From Scyliorhinus canicula (taxonomy: Eukaryota), in contig NC_052169.1 of assembly GCF_902713615.1 (NCBI RefSeq), positions 4,118,915 to 4,182,914 on the forward strand: DNA of 64,000 nt, read 5' to 3'. How positions within the stretch are numbered: the first letter of the stretch is position 1; each line of letters starts with the position of its first letter. The position numbers were made by a program, and so were the translations under genes. This document shows, in pieces, positions 21,868 through 33,828 of this stretch. The notes below the pieces were generated by a model. The model was not told the DNA's origin and made no database searches. It was given only the letters and a program-made list of their open reading frames with translations.

Positions 21868-24742
21868 CCATTTTGGACACTAAGTGCAATTTAGCATGGC
21901 CAACCACCTAACCTGCACATCTTTGGACTGTGGGAGGAAACCGGAGCACCCGGAGGAAAGCCACGCAGACAAGGGGAGAGCGTGCAGACTCCAGACAGAC
22001 AGTGATCCAAGCCGGGAATTGAACATGGGACCCTGGTGCTGTGAAGCAACAATGCTAACCACTGTTACCGTGCTGCCCATGTTCATCATCCGCCCACCAT
22101 GGGTAGCACAGTGGTTAGCACTGTTGCTTCACAGCTCCAGGGTCCCAGGTTCCATTCCCGGCTGGGTCACTGTCTGTGCGGAGTCTGCATGTTCTCCCCG
22201 TGTCTGCGTGGGTTTCCTCCGGGTGCTTCGGTTTCTTCCCACAGTCCAAAGATGTGCAGGTTAGGTGGATTGGCCATGCTAAATTGCCCCTTGGTGTCCA
22301 AAAAGGTTAGGTGGGGTTAGTGGGTTACAGGAATAGGATGTGGGCTTAAGTAGGGTGTTCTTTCCAAGGGCCGGTGCAGACTCGATGGGCCGAATGGCCT
22401 CCTGCACTAAATTCTATGATCTATGGATGCCTGCTGTTGATTCCTCCACGATAGTTGGAAGAATGACAAGGGAGGTTTTCCCAGGGTCCTGGCCAAGCCA
22501 ACAACAACTGTGATTAACTGGTGATTGAACTCGCCTTTCCAGCAAACAGGAGATCCTGAGTTTCGAATCTCTGCGCTGCCTTCATGTGTTTAGGTCACAG
22601 CAGCTACCTTGAGAATAAATGCTCGCAATTTCAAGATGAAAGCAGAAAATGTTGGCAAAATCTCTGTATGTTGCTGCTGTACGATGTCTGCCATGAACAA
22701 CAGTTTTCCTCAATAAATCAATGCGTGAGTAACATAGGTATCAAACTAATTAGTTATTTAGGGGGCTAAGGGACTTGCATTTCACCTGGAAGATTTAGTT
22801 CCAATTTGTAACTTGCTCCCATCCAAAATATTCTTTGCTGGATTTGCCAGGCGTTTCCCAGATTTTCTGGTTTTATTTCAAAGTGTACTTAGCTTCTTAT
22901 TGGCAGTTTAATGCTGGATTGAATGAGGTGTGCAGCCATGTTCTGGAGAGAGAAAGGTGGACAATTATTGTTTCTCTGTTTTACAGCAACATGACGTAGA
23001 GAAGTTGTACAAACTGGAAAATAAAGTGGTTCAGGGAGTAAGTGACCAGTGAGTATCACTCTGAGATTTTGGAGCGGGGGTCAGTGGGTGCGGAGAAGAG
23101 GGGCAATGAGCATTGTTCAGGGGTGTTTGTTGGTGGGACGGTGCCCGAGGGTGATTGGCGGTGGGGTGCAAGTGCTTGTGGTTTAACCATGAAGTTTGAC
23201 TCCTATTCATCGTGTCGGTGATCTCTGAATCCTGAATGTTTACTTGACTGGTCATTGTCTGTTTTCTATCACAGGTTGTGTTTTCTGGTCCGACCCCGCA
23301 TTGCCAGCGTCAAACATGTTGCAGGTATGAGAGCTCGCGCACTGCGTTAAACGTGTGCGTGTGAGTAATGTTGCACAGGGCACTAATCTTGAGTCCAGGC
23401 TTGTGGCTGGCACATCGCAACTACAAAGTGGTTTTCCGGAATGATTCCTTCCCACAGTTTTCTTCCCCAATCTGCAGAAAAGCAGCTGGTCGCTTCCTCG
23501 AAGTCACTAGGAAGCGATACAGAGCTTCAAACCACAAGGAGGAGCAGCATGTCAGTTTACCAATGTACTGTCCCAACAAAACCCACCCTCTGAATAGTAT
23601 TTATATGTTCTACAAAGTTGCACCCTCCATTCCCAAACTGATGATGTGTTTCAGTTATCCAATGTCTGCGTGGGTTTTCTCCCACAGTCTAAAGAAGTGC
23701 AGCTTAGGTGGATTGCCCCTCGATGTGCATGTTAGGTTATGGGGTTAAGGGGATAGGACAGGGGAGTGTAAATGGGTCGCTCATTCAAAAGGGCAGGTGC
23801 AATCTCGATGGGCCGAATGGCCTCCCTCTGCCTCCGGGATTCGATGATGCTAAATTGCCCCTTAATTGAAAAAAAGAGAATTGAGTTCTTTAGATTTAAA
23901 AATGCATGGTTTCAAATAACGATGATCTTAATGGCACCTTCTGTAGCCACAGTGTCAGTCTGCCTTTTAAACAAGGCTTTTTAAAATCCTTACTGCAGCA
24001 GGTACATATGCACCCTAACCCAGGCTTTTTTTTACTGTACCAGATACACACAATGCAATATATATATAAAGAAAGTCCCACATTTATCACAGCTGGTTTA
24101 CATCTTCCTGACGTGACCGGGCTCAGATTTGACATTTTTCCCTTTATTCTCCCACGGTATGTACACGTTACTGGCAAGGCCAGCATTTGTTACCCATCCG
24201 TGATTACACCGAGTAGCTTGCTCGGACATTTCAGTGGGCAACCGCATTACTGTGGGTCTGGATTCGAAGTCCCGGGTTCGATCCCAGCCCCGGGTCACTG
24301 TCCGTGTGGAGTTTGCACATTCTCCCTGTGTGCGTGGGTTTCACCCCCACAACCCAAAGATGTGCAGGGTAGGGGAATTGGCCACGCTAAATTGCCCCTT
24401 GAATTGGAAAAAAAGAATTGGGTACTCTGAATTTATTTTAAAAATACGATTGATTGCCAGACTTTGAGAATACCATGACTCGTATATACAGCAGACGAAT
24501 CAAATTGGATGAATTTCCCTTGTAATTACCTTTTTGAATTTATCCTGGGAGTGCTAATTGTCCCGGTGTTTAGAAGCTGTGTCAGTGTTACAGAATGCAT
24601 GTGATTCTTTCCTCTGTCTCCTTCCAGAAATCGTTAATGCCGATAAAGCTGCTTCCAAGCTGCGGAAATACAAGATCATATTCACTCCTCAAAAGGTGAA
24701 CAGCTGGGACAGAGCCAGAGTGCTTAGTTGTCTTGGGTCGAT

Positions 24743-24777
<35 letters not shown>

Positions 24778-27700
24778 CGCGGCAGAGCAGAGTAGAGTGT
24801 GATAAGAGAAAAATGTACCTCTGAAACAGGGAGTCGGCAGGTTAAACTTTGCAGCTGGCCAGGCCGATGTCAGCCATTTTGTGGAGCAAGGGGATACACC
24901 AACCAGATTCCACTTCGCAGGGTTTTTGCAGTCACTGATTCCAAATTGCCGCTTTTGGCAGTGAGTTGATGCTTCCGTGTCCAGTGAGTGGCAGTATGCT
25001 GGCCTCCTGGTTCCCTGCTCCCATTTACCTTCTCATCGTGCACTATTGATCAGTCAGACTGGTAAAACAATAATGCTTTCACAAGAGACACACACACACA
25101 GTGGACTGTTGCTGTTTCCAGGGGAAAGTGGTTCATGTCACGTTGAGAACGGCCAGCGAGCAGCTCCTTTGTGTGGCCATCCCTTCAGTGATATATTTAC
25201 ATGGTAACTAGTGCAGCAAGGCTTCTTTGACAGCACCTCCCAAAGCCATAACCTCCACCAGCTCAGAAGGACAAGGGCAGCGGGTGCATGGGAATGCCAA
25301 CCCCTCCGAATTAATCTCGAAGCTGCTCACTGTTCCGATTGGGAAAACAGTCAGTGCTGCATCAAAGTACCAATCTATACAGAACTGTCAAAGCACCAAA
25401 ACCACGTGGGCTGCAATGTTTCAGAAAGCTCACCCTCAGGGCAGCACGTCGGCGCAGTGGGTTAGCACTGCTGCCTCACGGCGCCGAGGGTCCCAGGTTC
25501 GATCCCGGCTCTGGGTCACTGTCCGTGTGGAGTTTGCACATTCTCCCCGTGTTTGCGTGGGGTTTCGCCCCCACAACCCCAAAGATGTGCAGGGCAGTGG
25601 GTTGGCCACGCTAAATTGCCCCTTAATTAGACAAAAAAAAATTAATTGGGTACTCTAAATTTAAAAAAAAAATGAATTGGATACTCTAAATTAAAAAAAA
25701 AAGAAAGCTCACCCTCGCCTCCTTGAGGACGACTAGGCATCGGTAATAAATGGCAGCCGTGATGCCCACATCCCAAGAGTTACATTTTTAAAATGTTTCT
25801 GATCCACCAACATTTCCCAGATGTTGTGTTGAATTGTCGCGGCTGTAAGTGTGGGAATGTGGTGAGGAATATGCTGTATAACCTGTCCCCCCCTTTTTTT
25901 TAGTTCTTTATGTGCGAGACTGTGCTTGAGGAGGAGGGGATCTTCGGAGGTGAGCGCCTTTTCATCCTTTGCTTTTCAAAATGGTGATGTGTGTTTTCTT
26001 GGCTCAGTGGGTATCATTGGGCAACACTTTGTGGATTCAAACTCTAGTACAAAACTGAGGGGAGTTCGTCACTGTCAGAGGTGCTGTCTTTCTTGGGAGA
26101 TGCAAAGACATGGTTTTACCATTCCTGGGCGTCTGGTTATTGGGTTGCTATAAAGCTCTTAGAAGTCGATCAAGAAGTTTTCAGGGCAGCACGGTGGCGC
26201 AGTGGCCGCACTGCAGTCTCACGGCGCCGAGGTCCCAGGTTCGATCCCAGCTCAGTTTCACAGTCCGTGTGGAGTTTGCACATTCTCCCGTGTCTGCGTG
26301 GGTTTCGCCCCCACAACCAAAGATGTGCAGGGTAGGTGGATTGAACACGCTCAATTGCCCCTTAATTGGGGGGGGGGGGGGGGAATAATGTGTACTTTAA
26401 ATTAAAATAAAACGAAAGGAAGGAGATTTGGAAGAAATTTGAGGAAAATGTTTTTGCGTCCAGAGTGTGTTGGGAATCTGGAATACACGGCCCGGGAGGG
26501 TATTTGAGGCAGAAACCTCATGGCCTTTAAAAAGTACTTGGATGAGCACTTGAAATGTCACAAACATTCAAGGCTATGGGCAAGTGCTGGAGAGGCGGTT
26601 GGTGGAGATTAGAGTAGCTTTTTTTTGGCAGTGCAGGCTTGATGGGCCAAAGGCCCTCCTCAGAATTGTATGATTCTGTGATTTGATGACTGAATCTGTG
26701 ACTTGAACAGGGGAATAGAATGACATCTGGAGACCCTTTCTGATTATCCATCCGCCGCTTCACCTGCTGACTGCACAAGGCCTTGACTCCTTCTTTGCAA
26801 CATGAGAGTCAAGGTTGAAAAGCACGACCGGCCTGAGTTAGGGGCTCGACACCAGGAAAAGGAACAAATGGAAACATGCTATTGTGTTGATTCATGCTAT
26901 CTTTTACTTGGTTTGTACTTTGTGTTTGTCTGATTTCAGACGTATCCTTTGATGAGTGGGCCCTTTTATCTACTGCCCATGGATGATGACCTCATCAGCA
27001 TGGAACTGCCCGAGTTTTTCCGTGACTATTTCTTGGTAAGTGGCGGATCTTGTGCTGAGGACCCTCCTAGATCATTCCAGAAATATCACCTACCCCAACA
27101 ACAGCTGGCATTTACATAGCATCTTAGCGTAACTAAGTGTCCCAAGGAAGTTGACGGGAGTATTTCAAACAAGGCAGGTTGATCAAACGCTTAATCATAG
27201 AGAAAGATTTTAAACGGTGCCTTAAATAAAGAAAGAAGCTCTCGATAGTTTTGTTTTACCTGCCTGGATACAGTCAAGTAGGGGGTCAGGTGGTAAAAAT
27301 CATTGTGCTGTGTGTATATCGAGTGATAGAGACTGGCAATTGCATAGAGTACAGCGTCCGAAACAGACCAGTTAGCCAGTGTTTATGTCTCCTACTCTAT
27401 ACCATCCCAACAGGGGATCGGTTAGCTCAGTTGGCTGGATGGCTAGTTTGTGATTCTGAACGACACCAACAGCACGGGTTCAATTCCCCTACCGGCGGGG
27501 ATTATTCATAGAAGCCCCGTCTTCTCAACCTTACCTCTCACCTGAGGTGTGGTGACTGTCGCAACACCCTGGGGTCAATTCCAGCCCCAATCGAACCAGA
27601 GTCACAACACAGGTAAAATTAAATTTCACTTTAAATGCCCGAGGTGCTTGGTTGAGCCCCAATAAACCGCAGTCTCCAGGTTTGTAACTTCACCACAAGG

Positions 27701-30700
27701 AACCTTTTATTATGTACAGTATTATAATTAAACGGACAGAAAATGTAACTGGCTATTTGAACCCCTTTCCAACCCCCTCCTTCCTAACTACCCCCACTCT
27801 GCACAGACTAACAACACAGAGGGGAAAGGGTGGTGGTACGGTAAAGAAAATATTAATACAATAAAGTTCATTGCACTGGGATAATGTCCGGTTAGTGTCT
27901 CTCCGAAGTTCATTTTTTGTTTTGATACTTCTTCTTTGTCGTCTACCTTCACTGCAGCCTCTACATCATTCCAAGTTCACAGTAAAGCAATTCTCAAAGC
28001 AATTCTTTCACTTCAATAAGCAGGAGAGAGAGAGAGAGAGAGCGTTCCTTCTCTTTCCAAGGTCTAAACACTTCTGCCCCGTTCCCTCAGAAAGCATCAC
28101 CCAGGAACCAATCATTGTCAAGCAGAACACTGTCCCATGCCAACCCACCGGTTGGCAGTTTAAAAAAAAATATTTTTTATTCTCCTTTTTCACACTTTCT
28201 CCCAAATTTACATCCAACATAATCAGTAACGAATGTAATGTCAATCCCCATATCAATAACAGCGATACCAGCAAACCCCAGACATTGGCCCGCACGTTAA
28301 TATAAACAAATGACAAAAGGGAATTAGGAATCACCCATAGTCACCATTAACACATACAGTCCCCCTCCCCCCAACCTTCCCACCCCCAGCCCACTCTAAT
28401 GTTCGATGTGATCCATTCTCGAAAGTGCATAATGAAATAACGCCCATGAATTGTAGAATCCCTCCGTCTTTCCCCTCAGTTCAAATTTGACCGTTTCAAA
28501 CGTTAAGAATTCCAGCAGGCCCCCCCCCCCCACCACCACCACGCCAGGGCACAGGGTGGAGAGATTGATCTCCACCCTAACAGGATCCGCCTTCGGGCGA
28601 TCAACGAGGCGAAGGCTACAACATCTGCCTCCGCGCCCGTTTCCAACCAACCGGTTGCCAGTTGACCAATCGAACTGACTTCCTCCAAAACCGGCTCCCA
28701 AGGTTCACCTGGTGTCGAGGAGTCTTAACTCCTCTCCAAGAAACAGAACCTGGGAACACAGTGTCCTGACAGGCAGGCTGTTTCAGCAGAGTCTTCTGCT
28801 CAAAGGCACATCCCGATTATGGGATCAAAGGTAATAACAGGAGGACTCTTACAGGACTCTGGGGGTAAATCACGACCAGTCAGCTCTGTCTCTCAGAGGG
28901 GGAGAGCAGTTCTGAGACTGTGGTGCCATTTATAATCGCAATTTATCAGCTTAACTTTCTGTTCCTCCTCTTGTGTATCCTCTGAAGTGCCTTGCAAGGC
29001 ACTCAATTATTCAAATATAATGGTTCAAAGAAGGTTCACCACATTCTCCGAACAGTGAGGGATGTACAATAAATGCCATATCTCCCGGTCACATTTTAGG
29101 AAGTATGTTGTGACATGAATTGGTACCTTACGTTGCCCTGTGTGTGTCCTCAGGAGGGTGACCATCGGTGGATCTGCACCGTGGCGAAGGCTTTGCACGT
29201 GTTACACTCCCTGTTTGGACCTTTCACAAAGACTACGGAATTGGAAGATGTGCAAAGGTAATGGAACATGAAATGAGAATGAATTATTAATCAGACAATT
29301 TACCTGATCACCTCTGTTGAACCGTTAGCTTACTAACGAACAAAGGAAAGGACGTCGACTAGGATTACACAAACCCATTTATCTTATGAACCTTGTCAGT
29401 TGTGTCAGTGAACTCGTTCCATGTTGAATTATTACAGCCATCAGTCAGCACTTCATTCAAGTCCAGGTCCTAGAGATGAAAGGTCACTACCTAACCCTCT
29501 GCCTCACCCATTCCCAGCATGCGCCCCCTGTCCCAGCGTGCGCCCCCTGTCCCAGCGTGCGCCCCCTGTCCCAGCGTGCGCCCCCTGTCCCAGCGTGCGC
29601 CCCCTGTCCCAGCGTGCGCCCCCTGTCCCAGCGTGCGCCCCCTGTCCCAGCGTGCGCCCCCTGTCCCAGCGTGCGCCCCCTGTCCCCGCGTGCGCCCCCT
29701 GTCCCCGCGCGCGCCCCCTGTCCCCGCGCGCGCCCCCTGTCCCCGCACGCCTTTGGGAGGGAAAGTTTCCTCCGTCTTGGTTTGAGTGTGGTCTCTGTCC
29801 AGTTCTTAATGGGGCACATGTCCTTAATACACAACATCCTGAATTCAGCCTCTTGTGTGGAAAAGGACCAAATAGGAGTATTGCTCTGAGCTTTCAGCTT
29901 GTTGGGGCAGAATAGAGGGAGATTTGCAATGTATTTAACCCCGTGTTGTACCTGTCCTGCGAGTGTTTGATGGGGACAGTGTAGAGGGAGCTTTACTCTG
30001 TATCTAACCCGTGCAGTACCTGTCTGGGAGTGTTTGATGGGGACAGTGTAGAGGGAGCTTTACTCTGTATCTAACCCCGTACTGTACCTGTCCTGGGAGT
30101 GTTTGATGGGGACAGTGTAGAGGGGAGCTTTACTCTGTATCTAAACCCCGTGCAGTACCTGTCCTGGGAGTGTTTGATGGGGACAGTGTAGAGGGAGCTT
30201 TACTCTGTATCTAACCCCGTACTGTATCTGTCCTGGAAGTGTTTGATGGGGACAGTGTAGAGGGAGCTTTACTCTGTATCTAACCCCGTGTTGTACCTGT
30301 CCTGCGAGTGTTTGATGGGGACAGTGTAGAGGGAGCTTACTCTGTATCTAACCCCGTGCTGTACCTGTCCTGGGAGTGTTTGATGGGGACAGTATAGAGG
30401 GAGCTTTACTCTGTATCTAACCCCGTGCTGTACATGTCCTGGGAGTGTTTGATGGGGACAGTGTAGCGGGAGCTTTACTCTGTATCTAACCCCGTGCTGT
30501 ACAGCCTTGGAATACTTGACATTGGAGCCTCCGCCTTATCTTCCCCCATTTTGATGAGTGTAAGATTTCCGCCAAACATGTAAAACTGCGTTCTGATCGT
30601 CTTTGATGTTAGAGCGAGTCCTGTTGACTTACATTTCAAGTCCTCTCTCTCTCTCCCTCCCTGCTGTAGATGACCTACAAACTGTGGAAGGAGATTGTGG

Positions 30701-33700
30701 AGGATTCAGAGAATGAAATGAAACCACGTCAGGCTGAGATTGGCCGCGTTTTCTTTGTTGACCGAGGTGCTGCAATGTAACAGAAATCTGTAATATGCAG
30801 AAATAAGTGACGAAGCTGCAGTTTCGATTGTCCAGTTTCCCTGGCGGTTTGTTATGTGACATGTGTCTCGCCGCCAGTGTAGAAGGTTCTGCTCCGGACT
30901 GGCTTCCGGAGGCTGCTCTTTGGTATCTTATTTGGGGTGTTGGTTGGGTGTAAGCCTGGAAGGACTATCTGCCTATGGTGAAAAGGTGACAGCCAGTGTA
31001 CACACATATAACTTACAAAAAACGATTAACTGACTTATGTTGGTGTTTATATTTTACGTGAGCTTCCTCCTATTCTTCTGCTCCAACTCCAGGGAGCATA
31101 ACCTTCCCATAATTTCCAGCATGAAATATTGGACGGTGAGCAGGAACTGTTGCTAATTTTCACTGCCAGGAGACAGTTGCATCCACTATTGCCCTGACTG
31201 AAATGAACAAACTCCAAACATTCCTATGAATTCCCTGGGTTATGTGGCTCCTTCCACAGTCGGCAATGTGTTAACCACGGGTGGATACAGCTGGGGTAGC
31301 TCTAACTGTAAATGGGTCACGTATCTTTCATTCTAACCTTGCTATGCTTTCAGTTTCAACCTGTGCTCTTTATTTGCAGATGTGGATTATGTGACTCCAA
31401 TGTGTTCTCAAGTTGTGTATGAGGGACTTGTGGATGATGTGTTTAGGATAAAATGCGGTGAGTGAGTCTCCACTTTTGTTTTATTTTATTTTGGACAGTG
31501 AAGATTAGAAACTACCGCCTTTCAGAATTGACCAGAACTGATGGCAGGCAGAGTGAGAGTTGGTGGCTCGACCATAACCTTCACCTTTAGGATTCGTGTG
31601 AATGACATGCGATCTTTTACTTCTGCCTGAGAAGGCAGTTCTGATTACAGTTGAATGACTCATTGGAAAATCGGCACCTCTGGGTGGCACGGTGGCGCAG
31701 GAGTTAGCACTGCTGCCTCACGGCGCTGAGTATCCGGGTTCGATCCGTGCTCTGGGTCACTGTCCATTTGGAGTTTGCACATTCTCCCTGTGTCTGCGTG
31801 TGTCTCGCTCCCACAACCCAAAGATGTGCAGGTTAGGTGGATTGGCTGCCCCTTAATTGGGAAAAACAGAATTGGGTACTCTAAATTTATTTAAAAAAAG
31901 AAAATACAGCACCTCTGACAGTGCACACCCTCCATATGGCAATGGGAGTATTGGCCTGGATTGTGGGCTCACGTATCTGGCATGAGACTTGAACCCATGA
32001 GGTTCTGGCTTAGAGGTCAAATTGACACCCACTGAGCCATTATAGTTAAATAGTCTGCTAATACTATCATGATACATGGTGAAGGATGGTCACTCAGGCA
32101 GTACGAGGATTCCGTTAAGGTGCAGCAGACTGTATCAGTATCTTCATTGAATAGAAGAAGAATCTGTGACTGAAGGTCATTGGTTGCTGGGTATGTTACT
32201 CCTGGGACTGGGGAAGTGAGTGGGCAAATTCCATTATCACCCGTATCCCAGTCCCTCACTTGAAATGAAATGAAAATCGCTTATTGTCACGAGTAGGCTT
32301 CAATGAATTTACTGCGAAAAGCCCCTAGTCTCCACATTCCGGCGCCTGTCCGGGGAGGCTGGTACGGGAATCGAACCGTGCTGCTGGCCTGCTTTAAATG
32401 CCAGCGATTTAGCTGAGTGAGCTAAACCAGCCCCTAACCAGCAGGGTCTGCTGATGTACGGAACAGTAACTGTGGATTCTGGTCAATTTCAGGAGCGTTG
32501 ACTTTGGTTCGGAAGTAACGTCCTCAATAAAGGTGTGAAAGTGTTGCTGAACTCTCAGGACAAAGTGAGTATGTGAGCGAGAGAAATCATTCATGATCAG
32601 AAAATTCTACAATAAAGCTGACGCAACCTCTTACAAACTCGGTAACAAACTCCCCATTTGTTCAAAGCCCGGGTTTCTTTACCTGGCAGGAAAATAAACT
32701 AGTGGTTTTACTCGCCTTCCTAAGCTGTTCCACGGCCCTGCTCGTGGATAGTGCCCCCAGTTCCGCCTGTAGTCTCTGCCTCTCCCTGAGTAAAACCTCC
32801 CCCGGGGACTCCGCGTGCTCTTCATCTATCCGACCCATTTCCCTGACCAATCTATCCATCTCTGCCCGGTCTGCCTTGGCTCTGTGGCCCCCAATTGAAA
32901 TCAGCTCCCCCCCGCCTTTAGCGCCTCCCACAAGGTCGCCGCTGAGACCTCCCCCGTGTCATTCACCTGCAGGTAATTTTTTATACATTTCCGAAGCCTC
33001 TCGCAGATCCCCTCCTCCGACAGCAGTCCCACATCTAGCCTCCATTGCGGGCGTTGATAGCTCGCTCCCCCGAACTGCAGGTCCACCCAATGCGGGGCAT
33101 GGTCTGAAATGGTAATTGCTGAGTATTCCGTGTTCTTTACCTCCCCCATACAGTCCCTGCTTAGTACAAAGAAATCTATCCTGGAATATACTTTATGGAC
33201 GTGCGAGTAAAACGAGTAGCCCCTTCCTGTTGGCTGTCTATCTCTCCAGGGGTCCACTGCCCCCATTTGCTCCATAAACCCTTTCAGCTCCCTTGCCATT
33301 GCTGAGAGTCTACCCGTTCTGGGACACGACCGATCCAAAGTCGGGTCAAGGACCATGTTAAAGTCCCCTCCCATTATTAGCCTGCGAGAATCCAAGTCCG
33401 GGATCTTCCCCAGCACTCTTTTAATGAAGTCCACGTCATCCCAGTTCGGGGCATATATATTCACCAGCACCACTCTTCTCCCCTCCAGTCTGCCTCGTAC
33501 CATCAGGTATCTGCCCCCCCCTGTCTGCGGATATGCCCTCTGCCTCAAATTGCACGCGCTTGTTGATCATGATTGCCACCCCTCTGGACTTCGAGTCCAA
33601 GTCCGAGTGGAAGACCTGGCTAATCCAGCCCTTCCTTAGCCTGGTCTGGTCCGACACTTTCAGATGTGTCTCCTGCAACATAATTACGTCCGCCCTCAGG

Positions 33701-33787
33701 GCCCGCAAGTGCGCGAACACCCGCGCCTCTTAACCGGCCCATTCAGTCCCTTGATGTTCCAGGTGATCAGCCTGGTCGGGGGGTACA

Positions 33788-33828
<41 letters not shown>

